From Eledone cirrhosa (lineage: Eukaryota), in the NCBI GenBank assembly GCA_964016885.1, contig OZ024740.1:60512001-60576000 (forward strand): a stretch of 64,000 nt of DNA, in the 5' to 3' direction. Both the position numbers and the translations under genes were made by a program. Within the stretch, counting starts at the first letter, position 1, and every line of letters starts with the position of its first letter. The notes beneath the pieces are model-generated. The model was not told the origin of the DNA and did no database searches. It saw only the letters and a list, made by a program, of their open reading frames with translations. Below, in pieces: positions 1-13,382 of this stretch.

Positions 1-6
1 GTTTCA

Positions 7-185
7 TATAATTGTTTCTACTTTTGGAACAAGGCCAGCAATTACCCAGTACATTACTGGTACTTTATTTTATCGACCCCGTAAGGATGAAAGACAAAGT
101 TAATCTCGACGGGATTTGAATTCAGACCGTAAAGGGACGTAACTATGCTGGAAAGCATGGCGTCCAACCCATACTGCCAAGTCAC
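7..185 (-). mobile_element. tRNA-derived SINE, dominant family (family A)
   Basis: Reverse complement of consensus GGTGGATTGGCAGTATCGGTAG...GAGTTCAAATCCCGCCGAGGTTAACTTTGCCTTTCATCCTTACGGGGTCGATAAAATAAAGTACCAGT...GGCCTTGTGCC.AAAGTAGAAACAATTATT; B-box-like GTTCAAATCC. Confidence 0.85.
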
Positions 186-607
186 CTTCATATAATGTCA
201 CAAAGTTACAGACAAAAAATTTAAATATATACAAATACACGTTACATATGCTAGATATTAAAATGTATGCCACATTTGACAATAATAATTCTTTTCTGTA
301 TAAATGCCTGCTGAGTTTTGAACAAAACATTAAGCGGCGTCACTGCATTGTTTGTTTGTTTTTTTATCTATATTTGGTTTTCTGTTTTAAATATCGGAGA
401 TTATGATGATGTAAATAGAATTTTCAAATTTCAAAATAAAAAAAAAATTTTTTCATTTTTTTTTTTTGTATACGCAACCGATTGTAACATTTTCTCTCTT
501 TTCTCCTCTTTTAAAGATATCAAATTATGATTCTGCAAAAATAAAAGGAGTTAGAGTTTAGAGTCTGGGTCTATTGCTAAGTTTAGATTTGAGGATTAGT
601 GTGAAGT

Positions 608-1094
608 AGAAGTCAAACGAGTCACTCACATAGTCAACGAAATAATACATGATGGTTTCATACTTAATGACTGTTACCAGAGATGTACAAGAAGTTCTAT
701 ACAAATGGCAGGCATACACTATACAGCACAGAATTAATCATAATTAACTGAGTGATGTCTAAAAACATCTGACTGATGATCATATTGGTAGCCTCCTCAC
801 AGCCCCGGCGGACAGAATGGAGAAGGCGTTTCTCCGGAGTTCGGCAAGGGAGACGCGCTGGTAAAGCCATTCCAGCTCGCGAGGCTCACACTTGCGGCTG
901 GCCAGTTCAGCGCCTTTGGTGATGAGTAGGGAGGTAGTCCTAGGGCCGAGGACACCAGAAGTCTCTACTGCCAAGGGCACCACCGTGAATCTGTCGGAGA
1001 GCGACCGGTATTTGAGGAGTTTGGCCTCCTCAGCCCGACGTGCAGCGGAACCTGGGTTAGTCGCAGACTGCACCAGGTTGCGGCTGGAGAAGTC
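608..1094 (-). mobile_element. CRE-clade (RLE) LINE 3' fragment
   Basis: ORF 780-1073 has AEEAKLLKY..LSDRFTVVPLAVETSGVLGP..RVSLAELRRNA, typical of the CRE RLE C-terminus; AGAAGTC occurs at both ends (608-614, 1088-1094). Confidence 0.75.
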
Positions 1095-1700
1095 TATGGT
1101 TAGGTTTAAATTAAGGCATTATGGGCAAGGGTTTTAAGATTAAGGATTATAGTTAGTAGTAGAGATATGGTTTAAGGATATGGTTAGGGTTTTTGGTTTA
1201 TCGCAAGCATTATTGTCAGGAATACAAAAAGGTGGCTGGGATGAAAAGAAAAGTGAATTAGCGAAAAATCATTTTCGTGGTAGATTATAATGATTTAGAA
1301 AACCATTATCTAATCTGTATAACCAAACTTTAGTAAGAACTATTCGAATAAAAACTAAAAATCCCAAAAAGTTTATGAGGGTTGTTAAGTCAGAAACTCT
1401 ACTAAAATAGCATAGTAAGAAAAATTAAAGCTTTAAAGTGCGAAACTAAATAGTCTCTAGTTTTGTATTTGATATTCACTTTGATAGCGATATATCTTAA
1501 CTTTACATTCTCTCTCTCTCTCTTTATATTTATATATATATATATATATATGTACCCCCCCCCCCCCCCCCCCCTTCTATCTCTCTCTTCCATGAATTTA
1601 TTCTCAGTTTTTTAATAACTCCCGATATTAATTACATTTGCATCGGTGACGACGTTAGTGTTTTGTAAATGAAGATTATTTAGTGCAGATTCTTGACAGA

Positions 1701-1701
<1 letters not shown>

Positions 1702-1774
<73 letters not shown>

Positions 1775-1795
1775 TCACACACACACACTCACACA

Positions 1796-1883
<88 letters not shown>
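1702..1883. repeat. (CA)n-(TA)n compound microsatellite
   Basis: Seen directly. Confidence 0.95.
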
Positions 1884-1884
<1 letters not shown>

Positions 1885-2264
1885 GTTGAGACAGTAAACA
1901 AAAAAGAACGTGGAAGGGAAGAGGCAGTACAAATGTTGGTATTCGTTTCACGCTTGATATATATATATTTAAAAAGCGGCTGACTTAAGAAGATTTGGAA
2001 AAATAGAGGATTTAAAATGTGTGTAAAATGATCATAATAATTGTCGATATATTAGTGTTTGCGATAAGAAATGCCAGAGGGGAATAATTCAGTGCATGTA
2101 GTCTGTCTTACCCAACCCCGAACTGTCTCCGTCAGTATATTTATGAAATAATTCACTACTAAAGCTCGACGTGTTTAAAGAAAAGTAAATGAAAAATAAA
2201 GTCTAATGGCTATAAGTTTCAAGCTTTGTTAGAGTATTATTTCAAAAGAGAAAGACGGTGAGGG

Positions 2265-3110
2265 ATTGGCAGACTCATTAGAGCGCCAAATAAAATATTT
2301 TGCAGTTTTTGTTCTTTAGTTTAAATCCCGTCGAGGTCGACTTTGCTTTTCATATTTACGGGGTTGATAAAATAAAGAACCAGTAACGCATTGAGGTTAA
2401 TTTAATCGACTTTCCCCACCCCCAAGATTGTTGGCCTTATGCCTAAATCAGAAATCAATATTATTATTAAGGGGTGGTAGGGCGGTGGATTGGCACTATC
2501 GATAGAGGGTCGGGCGCCGTGCTTTGCAGTTTAGAGTTACGGTCCTTTACGGTCTGAGTTCAAATCCCGCCGAGGTTAACTTTGCCTTTCATCCTTACGG
2601 GGTCGATAAAATAAAGTACCAGTAACGTACTGGGGTCGATTTAATCACTTTACCCTCACCCAAAATTACTGGCCTTGTGCCTATACTAGAAATCATTATT
2701 AAGGGGCGGTGGATTGGCAGTATCGGTAGGGGGTCGGACGCCATGCTTTCCAGCATAGTTACGTCCCTTTACGGTCTGAGTTCAAATCCCGCCGAGGTTG
2801 ACTTTACCTTTCATCCTTACGGGGTCGATAAAATAAAGTACCAGTAATGCACTGGGTAATTGCTGGCCTTGTGCCTAAAGTAGAAACAATTATTAAGGGG
2901 TGGTGGATTAATAGTATTGGTAGAACGTCGGAAAACATGGTTTACGGCATAGAGCTACGGCTCTTTACATTCTGATTTTAAATCTCGTCGAGGATAGCTT
3001 TGCCTTTCATTCTCACGGGGTAGATAAAGTGCGAGTAACGCACTAGAGTAGATTTAATCGACTTTCCCCTACCCCAAATTGTTCGCCTTGTGACTAAATC
3101 CGAAACCAAT
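2265..3110 (+). mobile_element. Head-to-tail array of four family A SINEs
   Basis: Copies at about 2265-2460, 2480-2700, 2703-2893 and 2897-3110, separated by ATTATT tails. Confidence 0.9.
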
Positions 3111-3369
3111 CTTTCAAAAAAGAAATGAAATTTGATTTTGTGGTTTTCATAACGTGTATGATATAACAAATACAAAGAACCTTTCATATCCTCCGGGACA
3201 ACGTTTTCTCTATTCTGTCCACTAAGACCACGAAGTGGCCTGTGTATGGGCACTCACACACTAAAATACGCTCCCCTACACAGGTAGTAACGTTGAGTTG
3301 TAGACTTGTTGAATGAATGACACTACAAATGATTGATTTTCGGTTTCCTTTTCACAGAAAATCCTACTT

Positions 3370-3564
3370 CAGACCTGCCAACCTCTAAAAACCCAAACAG
3401 GGAATGCTATAAAAAAAAGTGCCCTAAAACGGGGAGAAATGAGGCAAAATTAGGAGATTTTACATAATGAGAGCTATACCCATTTTCACAAGAGAAGACA
3501 TCTCTCACCCACCCCAAAGTGGGTGGGAGATCTCCCCGTCGGACGGGGAGAGTTGACAGGTCAG
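3370..3564. mobile_element. hAT-like MITE
   Basis: Imperfect TIR CAGACCTGCCAAC / GTTGACAGGTCAG; CTACTT on both flanks. Confidence 0.55.
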
Positions 3565-3859
3565 CTACTTCAATAGAAATATCCGCTAATACACACAGGA
3601 ACACGCACTAAAATCTTGGGTAATCAGCGAATTAGCTAGTTAGAAGAAATATAAACTGGGGATAAGTTCTGTTAGAGAAACTACCATCTGGTTGACGAAA
3701 TAGGGTTATATAAATTGCAGTCGAGCGTGAGTCAAGGATTACAGTGTTGCTGCTTATTGGAACCATATATACCATATTAACGGTAGGATTATGGCAATTT
3801 ATTAATTAAAACTCAAATATTATAGAATATTATGTACAGTATTTTAGCAAGCTAGGAGT

Positions 3860-4610
3860 TGTTGCTGTTGTTGTTGTTCCTGCCGTGACCATCTCCACTT
3901 TTAGGAGTATGTACTAATGACTATGAAACATTTTCTTATTTATGACTCTAGGTATGATTCGAGGGAGATTTGGCTGCTATTTCTAACAAGTCAGGCGTGT
4001 ATGTATAGGCTTTATCGTCATTGTTGTTGTTTAGCCGTAAATCAAGCCTGATCCAATAGAATTATGATCAATGACATTCCTGTCGTGACCATCTCCTCTT
4101 TTTAGGAGTATCTAAGACAGTACTCTCTAATGATTCCTTTCTTTATTTATGACAGTAGGGGGTGATTTGGCTGCTTTTTCTAGCAAGTCATACTGCTATG
4201 TAAAGGCTTCATTATTTCCTCATACTCTCGTTAGTTTTATACTAATAGTTTATATTATTGTTTAGCTCCAGGTGGATTGGCAGTATCGGTAGAGGTTCGG
4301 ACGCCATGCTTTGACGCATAGAGTTACGGCCCTTGCCATTCTGAGTTCAAATCCCGCCGAGGTTAACTTTGCCTTTCATCCTTACGGGGTCGATAAAATA
4401 AAGTACCAGTAATGTACTGGGTAATTTTCTGGCCTTGTGCCAATTGTAGAAACAATTATTGTTTAGCCCCAGGTCAGACCTATGATCAAAAGAAATATGA
4501 TATTAGCAGTAATCATCAAATGGTTTTTTTTTTCATACTATATTTTTAAAAGATGATAGGATGTGATTAAGGGAGGATTTGACTGCTGCTTCTGGTAGGT
4601 TTAGTAACTA
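3860..4610. mobile_element. Second interspersed repeat family (SINE-like), several degenerate copies, with a family A SINE nested at about 4270-4460
   Basis: Recurrent GCCGTGACCATC...GGAGATTTGGCTGCTATTTCTAGCAAGTC; also at 58540-58860 and 59230-59350. Confidence 0.6.
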
Positions 4611-5030
4611 GGATCAATAGTTTGAATATAGATTTTACTAATGATTATCTATCGTATTACGCTAACATAACATTTTTTATATTTTGGAAGAAACTATTGA
4701 TTTTCTAGGTGTATCTAGAATTTTTGCAGGGATTAATAGCACAGATATAAACTAACATATGCTATATATTAATAATATTAAATGTCCCATCAGAACAGTC
4801 TTTCACCGAGGAATAGCCAAAAGATATTGGATATTTTAAATAGCATGACATTAATCTTAGTGCTATTAAATTTCATTTTTTTTTTTTTCGTTTTTATCAT
4901 AAGTAAAATATTTTTATCCAGCTGTTGGATTTGTGATCCACAATTCGATAAGTGCTTACGTTGATCTTATTTTCTTTTCAACAATGCAATCACTATTCCT
5001 ATAAAGTTTATATTTATTGAGCGTATGTGT

Positions 5031-5140
5031 AATAATTGTTTCTACTTTTGGCACAAGGCCAGCAATTAATCCAGGGTATTACTGGTACTTTATTTTATCG
5101 ACGCCGTAAGGATGAAAGGCAAAGTTAACCTCGGCGGGAT
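5031..5140 (-). mobile_element. 5'-truncated family A SINE with TSD
   Basis: TGTGTAATAA duplicated at 5026-5035 and 5141-5150. Confidence 0.85.
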
Positions 5141-5503
5141 TGTGTAATAAGTTGATAGAGATAGAATATCACGAGTACTAAGTTGAAGGATGAGAGAACA
5201 CGGTGTTACAGAAAAATGGGTACTGATTTTGAAAGTTCCTGAAGAAACAAAACGTCAACATAGTAGTATTATTATACTTGTTGCATTTTTAGGGTTTTAG
5301 CCTCGAAGACAGATGTGATTCCATTCTGATCTTTCGAGATATCTACTTGTATTCTAAAGTTACCCTGAAAGCCTTCGCGTGTAAATAAACTAAATTCATA
5401 TCGATGTTAAAAACCTTTGTTCAATATATCTGGGGTTTTTTATTCACTGTCTAAAGGATGGAAGATATATTTTTCTAACGATTTAGTTTCTTTAGAAAAT
5501 CGA

Positions 5504-5609
<106 letters not shown>

Positions 5610-5626
5610 ACGTGTGTATGTGTGTA

Positions 5627-6542
5627 CGAGGTGCTATCAAAAAGTCCCCGGACTAGTTGTATTTAAAACAAACTAATATATTTACCTAAGTTTTAACATA
5701 ATCTCCTTCGAAATAGTCACCTTGCACAGCAATACACAGGTCCCAGCATTCCTGCCACTTTTTAAATCAGGCCTGGAAGTTGTTTTCGGTAAGCGAGTCG
5801 AGGACCTTCTGCGATTCGCTCTGCATGTCGGCAACCGTGCTAAAACGGCGACCTTTGGGCTGCATTTTCAGTTTGGAGAAGAGAAAGAAGTCCGTATGTG
5901 CTAAATCTGGCAAATAGGGTGGGTGCGGAAGCGATGCAATGTTTTTTGGCGAGAAACTTACGAATGAGGAGAGCTTGGTGACAGGATGCATTGTCATCTT
6001 GAAGAATCCAATTCTTCGTGCTCCATAGATCCGGTCATTTTCGCCGAAAGTCGTCCCTCAAACGCCTCAAAACGTTGCAGTAGTAATCTCGATTAACGGT
6101 CTGGCCCTGGGGCACGAATTCTCGAAGCACAATGCCGCGGATTTCGGAAAAAAAACGATGAGCATGCTCTTGATTGAGCTGCGGCTCTGTCATACCTTCT
6201 TCGAAGCGCCCGTTTCATTCGAAACACTATGTACGACCCATTGCCTCATCATCGTAAGCTTGCCGAAGCATGCTCAATGTCTTTGTAGCAAACTTCCCAA
6301 CTTAAATGCAAAATTTCACGTTGGACCTTTGTCGAAACTTCCTGTTCATGACAAAATCGCAGGCTACAGCATACACGTAATCCCCAAAACACATATTTCC
6401 CAACTTGCGAAGTGAACACAGCGATGTCACTCGGCACACTGGCATATGAAGGTCACTGCTAGCTCTCACTGCGCGCGCAACCGTGTGTCGCCATTTGTTG
6501 GCGCGCTACAGAACTAGTCCGGAAAAGTGTTAATACCACATC

Positions 6543-6543
<1 letters not shown>
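5627..6543 (-). mobile_element. Mariner DNA transposon, internally deleted and inactive
   Basis: TIRs CGAGGTGCTATCAAAAAGTCCCCGGACTAGTT / AACTAGTCCGGAAAAGTGTTAATACCACATCG; TA at left end; minus-strand HPPYLPDLAHTDFFLF (YSPDL-like motif). Confidence 0.9.
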
Positions 6544-6582
<39 letters not shown>

Positions 6583-6789
6583 TAGGATTAATCTCTCTAT
6601 ATAAAAATATATATTATAATTAGATTTAATCTCTATATATTTATATATATAAAAATATAGATTAAGTAGAGTCAAGGTCAGTGTTGCAGCGTATGTATAA
6701 AAACTTTATTGGCATATTACAATGGTTCACTATCAATCAACACAGGGTACAATGAAGGTGATGGGGCTTAGCTCTTTTTCGATATCGCG

Positions 6790-7440
6790 TAAGATATGCG
6801 AGTATATAACTCTGCATCTGTTAGTCTCTTGTTTCTAAGAAGATCTCTTCTCACCATTGCAGTTTGTTTTCGTCCAGGTTTGGTCTCCTTTCAGGATTTC
6901 ATTCCCTCCATACCCTAAAAGAATTTACTGTGTGTTTTGATTCCCATGGTTTACCCAATGAGTTATACAATGCTTCTTTATACTCTTCTCGAGTCCATTT
7001 GATACGTTGAGCTTTTTGTGCTTCTTCTGGTGGTAAACGTGAAGAGGTTGGGTTGAGATTATTCTCGGTCTAGTGACCATTCAAGTCAGTATTTGGAGAA
7101 GAGCTCGTTTCAGCTGTAGACTTTTCGACCCTAGGCTGATTCCTCCATGAGGGACACGGCCCTTGTTAACTCGAGCGACGACCGATCCGGTATGTGCTTT
7201 TGTCCGTAGACATTATGGAACTTTTTTGTTGTTTCTTTTTGCGTTTAAATTAACAAAATTACCGCCATGGGGTAATTTCGTTCAAGATATGATCTCTAAG
7301 ACGATTATCAAACAAGATCAGTGAACTCGTCCTTTCCTTGTGTGTGACAGCTCACACCTATGCAGGTTTAGCTGGCCTCCCCTAAGGTATATCTCGTTGG
7401 AGGTGTCTTGGGTAGTTTAATGATAGGGACCCCAATCCTA
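6790..7440 (-). mobile_element. R4/Dong-like LINE 5' portion (UTR plus decayed N-terminal domain)
   Basis: Manual translation gives QRIKWTREEYKEALY..VWRE*NPERRPNLDENKL/AMVRRDLLRNKRLTDAEL, resembling R4-clade N-termini. Confidence 0.65.
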
Positions 7441-7449
7441 TCATCTCAT

Positions 7450-7590
7450 TTCTACAGCTGAGTAAACTGGAGCAACGTGAAATAAAGTGTCTTGCTCAAG
7501 GAAACAACACATCACCCGATCCGAGAATTGAACTCACAACCTTTCGATTGCAAGGCCAATGCGCTAACCACTAAGCCATGTGCCTTCACA
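7450..7590 (-). mobile_element. tRNA-derived SINE family B (5' part)
   Basis: Minus strand has GGCTTAGTGGTTAGCG..GAGTTCAATTC..TCCTTGAGCAAGACAC; related copies at 42760-42880 and 54070-54335. Confidence 0.7.
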
Positions 7591-7726
7591 GAGCTTGAGA
7601 CACAGCTACTCCCTGTGGGTTGCCAGAGGATTTGTTAATGTTAGTGCCGTCCTTAATGTTTTCTTCGTGTAAACCCTTTCTTGTCAATAAACAAATCATT
7701 ATCACCATTATCATTAATCCTATTAA

Positions 7727-8545
7727 AGGTGGTGGATTGGCAGTATCGGTAGAGAGTCGGACGCCATGCTTTTCAGCATAGAGTTACGGCCCTTTACGGT
7801 CTGAGTTCAAATCCCGCCGAGGTTAACTTTTCCTTTCATCCTTACGGGGTCGATAAAATAAAGTACCAGTAATGCACTGCGATAATTGTTGGCCTTGTGC
7901 CAAAAGTAGAAACAATTATTATTTTTATTTTGACAGTATCCATAGAACGTCGGACAACATGCTGTGTAGCATAGAGTTACGGCCTTTTACATTCTGAGTT
8001 CAAATCCCGCCGAGGCTAACTTTGCCTTTCATCCTTACGGGGTCGATAAAATAAAACACCAGTAATGCACTGGGGCTCGATTTAATCGACTTTCCCCTCC
8101 CCCAAAAAATGATTGGCCTTGCGCCTAATTCAGAAACCATTATTGGTGAATTGGCAGTATCGGTCGAACAATGGACAATATGCTTCGCAGCATAGAGTTA
8201 CAGCCCTTTACGTTCTGAGTTCAAATCCCGCCGAGGTTAGCTTTGCCTTTCATCCTTACGGAACCAATAAAATAAAGTACTAGTAATGCACTGGGATCGA
8301 TTTAATCGACTTCCCCACACAAAAATATTGCTGGTCTTGTGCCTATAGTAGAAATCATTATTATTATAAGCGGTGGATTGGCAGTATAGGTAGAGAGTCG
8401 GGCGCCATGCTTTCCAGCATAGTTACGTCCCTTACGGTCTGAGTACAAATCCCGCCGAGGTTGACTTTGCCTTTCATCCTTACGGGGTCGAGAAAATAAA
8501 GTACCAGTAATATACTGAGTAATTGCTGGCCTTGTGCCTATAGTA
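7727..8545 (+). mobile_element. Head-to-tail array of four family A SINEs
   Basis: Four consecutive consensus matches. Confidence 0.9.
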
Positions 8546-9351
8546 TTATGATATTGTGTATTGTGAAGAGGAGTTCGGTCAATTGTCTGTCTAAAAGTCT
8601 TATACACGTAATGTTGTTAGTGGAAAGTTTTGCTTACCCCTTGTACATATATTTCAGCAGAACTTACCGCCTTTAGTCATGCACTTAACGAGAAATGTTG
8701 ATGTAGATAAACACGGGAAACACAGCGACATAACAGACATCGTGACATAAATGACAACATTTAATGTAATCTAGCAGACGCATCTGGTCTTGCTTGCGAT
8801 TATTATTTACCTAAAATAAATATAATCTCATGATTTCACTATATTCTTGATATATTGCTTTAAAAAGATGTTGACACTCTTCAATTTCTCTGGGAATGTT
8901 GATTCACTAAGGCTTGTTGCAACCAAGCCCGTCAGAAGACGGTTTAAAATCGAGATATATAAATATAGGCAAAAAATAAATAAGTATAGACAAACAAGTA
9001 TAAATCCTAAAATAAAATATTACTCTTACCTTTTTTTTTTTTCGGAAAGCATATATTTTTTTCAAAATACTGTTCTAATTTATGTAATTACTCTAACTGA
9101 AATATTTTTCTAATCAGTATTGTTTGCTAATGTCTATTAAAGTGCTTCAGGCTATACAACATTCTTAGTTTTCTGTCTATAGCTGAAAAGAACACATTTC
9201 AGAAAAAAGATCACACAGCTTGAGTTTTTCTTTGAAAATATGCAAACTTTCAGATACCTAGATACAAAACTGCAACCTATAACTCGGAACATATAAGATG
9301 GCGACAATAAACAAAGGATATAAGATTAAACCATTATAGCTTAAACTTTAA

Positions 9352-9545
9352 GGGCGGTGCATTGGCAATATCGGTAGAATGTCAGATACCATGCTTTGCA
9401 GTATAGAGTTATGGCCCTTTACGTTCTGTGTTCAAATCCTGCCGAGGTTAACTTTGCTTTTCATCCTTACGGAGTCGATACAATAAAGCACCAGTAATGC
9501 ACTGGGGTAATTGCTGGCCTTGTGCCAAAAGTAAAAGCAATTATT
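9352..9545 (+). mobile_element. Family A SINE
   Basis: Consensus match. Confidence 0.85.
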
Positions 9546-10252
9546 GTTTAAACCTCACAAAAGAAAAAAAGAATTGCATACATACAAACAGACACATTAC
9601 ATTCGTACAGAAGCAATAGATTCAATCTACCGTACTCGAAATAATAGGTTACAGGCTTCTATCTTTGGATTTAATTGGTACAGAACCTGGCAATCCAGGA
9701 TGGAGAGAAAGATCTTTAGGAATTATAGAATATAGAAATTATATAAACAGAAAGGTCAACACGTAGGAGACCCAAGGTTAGACAAAGAAGCAAAATGAGC
9801 TTGGCTGGTCACGCTTGGGGATCCAGCCGAATCAGTTGGAGACGGTTGCTTCTGACATGACCCACTGGAAGGAGTGCTTGAGGACTCTGTCCCCACGACC
9901 TTCTCAGAAGAAGAAGAAGAAGAAGAAGAAAGGCCACGTGTCTAATTGGTATAAAATCCTTTATGGACATGTTTCAGCCTCTGGCTTACTGACGTGTTGT
10001 TTGTCACCTTTCTCTGACTTTTCTATCGCTATTATATACGTGTGTGTTAGATAGTTATCAAGGTACGTATTTGCACTTTGATTTATATTTTTAATTATTG
10101 TGTGTCTACTTTGCCTTCCATGGGTTATAGATTCCATACACTGGTGTTTTTTCCCTGTTTGACTGATGGCGCACTATCTCTCTCTGGTGTGTTATCTTTT
10201 CTACATATTATATTATAAAGGGCTCGGGATTCCTTCTCCTTTGAGCACATTA

Positions 10253-10437
10253 TTTATTTCTACTTTAGGCACAAGGCCAGCGATTATCCCAGTGCATTAC
10301 TGGTACTTTATTTTATCGACCCCGTAAGGATGAAAGGCAAAGTTAACCTCGGCGGGATTTGAACTCAGATCATAAAGGTATGTAACTATGCTGCAAAGCA
10401 TGGCGTTCGACCCTCTACCGATACTGCCAATCCACCT
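10253..10437 (-). mobile_element. Family A SINE with 15-bp TSD
   Basis: CCTTTGAGCACATTA at 10238-10252 and 10435-10449. Confidence 0.9.
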
Positions 10438-10519
10438 TTGAGCACATTAATGACAGGGAATAACGAGAGTCTGTGGGTCCGTTAATTTATCGTGATATAT
10501 ATATATATATATATATATT

Positions 10520-10662
<143 letters not shown>

Positions 10663-10814
10663 TGTTTCTACTTTTGGTACAAGGCCACCCAGTACATTAC
10701 TGGTACTTTATTTTATCGACCCCGTAAGGATGAAAGGCAAAGTGATTGTCAGCAATAAAATGATTTGAACATAGCTTTGATTATTGTGTAATATATATAT
10801 ATATATATATATAG

Positions 10815-11509
10815 ATAGATAATTTAATATATCTACTAACATAAGCGCACAGATGTACGCTAATGCCAGCAGATACACAGGTTATGTCATAGTACCTAGG
10901 TGGTTCAATGCAGGAGAATGCAGAACAATAATATATAAGACGTAAAATAAGAAAATTTCTTTAAAAAAATTTAAAAAAAAAAAAAAAAAGAAAAAAAGGT
11001 ACTATGACATAACCTGTGTATTTGCTGGCATTAGCGTACATCTGTGCGCTTATGTTAGTAGATATATTAAATTATCTATATTTATCTCCAAATCCCTGAT
11101 TTGTCGAGCAAACCTGCCAAAACCACTTCTAAAAAATTTTTTTTGGGGGTGTTAGTAGGCGTCTGTCATCTTACCATCCCATTCCTACTGACTAGCCTCT
11201 GTGTCACGTGATTGATTCTTTAGAATCGGCCATATGATCAGTGGCAGTGAGAATTTTCAGTGGCTGGAATCCAGTCCTCGGTAGCTGTTCAAGTTGCCGA
11301 ATTATTATTATTTTTATATGAGTCCCCAGTGTCCGCGCATCGCCTGGAGACTCGGCTGAGAATGACCTCCCTGATGACGCAATGAAATTCTCAACAGTTC
11401 ATTACGTAACTGTCTTTATCCCATTGCAGAAACTAATTAGTTGGAGTGAAAATTTAAGTAAGTTAATTTTTTTTTTTTTTTTTTTTTAAGAAATTTTCTT
11501 ATTTTACGT

Positions 11510-11518
<9 letters not shown>
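10815..11518 (+). mobile_element. PLE pLTR-like insert with two interleaved inverted repeats, in (TA)n
   Basis: IR 10815-10897/10997-11079; 10931-10996 is the reverse complement of 11467-11518; contains an HHR followed by GTAAGT. Confidence 0.65.
11367..11446 (+). ncRNA. Type I hammerhead ribozyme motif, long stem II
   Basis: CTCC-CTGATGA-C-GCAATG..CATTGC-A-GAAA-CTAATTAG-TT-GGAG. Confidence 0.7.
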
Positions 11519-11568
<50 letters not shown>

Positions 11569-11620
11569 CCTTGTCACTTCAATTTTGGATTACCTGCTGA
11601 TTGTAACCTTATTATGTAAG

Positions 11621-11702
11621 AAGCTGTCTGATGAGATCATGGCACTGGGTACTACGTGGAATTGCGTGGCCACTGTCGTCATCGAAATATGTATCACGGC
11701 TT
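11621..11702 (+). ncRNA. Type I hammerhead ribozyme motif
   Basis: AAGCTGT-CTGATGA-GATCATGGCA..TGTCGTCATC-GAAA-TATGTA-TC-ACGGCTT; AATAAA at 11707. Confidence 0.8.
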
Positions 11703-11774
11703 TATCAATAAAGGACTTTAACATCTAAACTACTTTGTATTTCCTTATTCTCTCTCTATATATATACAACGCAC

Positions 11775-11873
<99 letters not shown>

Positions 11874-12551
11874 CATATAACTCCTGAGTCGTAGAGGCGC
11901 CACACCATCGTTTTGGGTACTTTAAGCATGGCGGTGTCCATACCCTCTCCTGGCTGGAAACCAGCCCACTTCTTCCAGAGATGGAGCGAGGGTGCTAGAG
12001 AAAAGTAAGAAAAATATATAGAAAAAGAATTTACCCCAGTACTGGATTGATACATTTTTATAGACACACATAAGCAAAGTATCGGTAGGATTTGAAACTA
12101 GATAGCGGAGAGAACCAAAACGAATACCACAATTCGACCCTCTCCGTAACTGTATGTCAAAAATATCTAGGTATTTGATGGAGTTCAATAAAATAAGTAC
12201 TAAATGGGATGAAATACTGGGCTTAACTTAAACGACTAAAAAAGTAACTTAGCAATCGATAAAGATCGATAAAATATATACCAGACTGCTAAGTTACATG
12301 TCATTCTTTCTGTTTGTCACTGAAAACTCTGGGTACAAAGTTTGCAAACATTTTGCACATGTTCAGATCTTCATGAATAATTCTGTGCACAGTTGCCACA
12401 CCAACTCCGAAAGTCTATGTTTATTGTCTTTAAAGAGAATATTCATCCAGGTACTGAGGTAGATATGATCAATAAAGGTCCTCCTCTGTATTTCCATAAA
12501 CAAAGTCACTGATTAAAAACCAAGTAAAATGCTTTATCAATTGAAGTGTAG

Positions 12552-13043
12552 GTGGTAGAGGCACTTAGGTAGGTAAAAAAGAGTGTTAGGTTGGTAGATC
12601 TCCACACACAAACTATATCAATCATATAAAGAATTTGCCACCAGATCTACCAACCTAACACTCTTGTTTACCTACCTAAGTGCCTCTACCACACATATCT
12701 CTCTGCCACACTATATAAACAAGACGCACATGCTTGCCACACATATAACATTTGCACTATATAACCGCTTATCTTCATGTTGTATTTTAACCTGTATTTT
12801 TGATTTTTGATTGTACCTCTTAATATGAATGTAATCTCGAAGTGTGTACTGCCACTCTAAATTCTGTAATGAATGTTGACCCACAATATTTGCATATGTA
12901 TCGGTATGTCTCTTGGCTGAAAAGGAGGTCATATAACTGTCCATGCATTAATAAATTGCTCCGAAGAATCCAAACCTCGGTTTGGAGGAAACAGCTTTAA
13001 GCACAATAATGTTTTGAACAGTTCTTTGATTCTTAGATTTCAT

Positions 13044-13050
<7 letters not shown>
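12552..13050 (+). mobile_element. PLE pLTR-like insert with 50-bp fold-back and HHR
   Basis: IR 12552-12601/12643-12692; 3' part homologous to 38739-38899; ends at (TA)n. Confidence 0.65.
12957..13003 (+). ncRNA. Hammerhead motif, CCGAAGA core variant
   Basis: TGCT-CCGAAGA-A-TCCAAAC-CTCG-GTTTGGA-G-GAAA-CAGCTT-TA-AGCA. Confidence 0.65.
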
Positions 13051-13116
<66 letters not shown>

Positions 13117-13185
13117 AAAAAGAGATGAAATCGAAAATGCAACTGGAGTCTTATTTTTTTTTTAAATATATATATTTATTTGGTT

Positions 13186-13223
13186 CCTTTACCGGTTTCG
13201 CAGTTCTTCTGCTTTTCAAAAGG
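13186..13223 (-). ncRNA. Minimal type I hammerhead, U3-A8 core
   Basis: Minus strand: CCTT-TTGAAAA-GCAG-AAGAA-CTGC-GAAA-CCGG-TA-AAGG; host segment 13113-13260 is homologous to 34985-35120. Confidence 0.75.
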
Positions 13224-13382
13224 TGAGTTGAGATGGAGGGTCTGTGGTTTTTCTCACATCTGTATATGTATATGTATATATATATATATAACGAAGGAAA
13301 TGTGGTAAGGAACCAGGTGGACCATAACGCACCAAAGTACTCAATACTTGAGGTAGTAGAGTGGGTAATAGGAACCAGTAAG

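Noticed and set aside
2480-2600. tRNA genes
   Set aside because: A/B-box-like motifs are SINE heads with no intact cloverleaf
6682-6790. LTR-like TGTTG start
   Set aside because: No second LTR, PBS or gag/pol; adjacent coding remnant is R4-like
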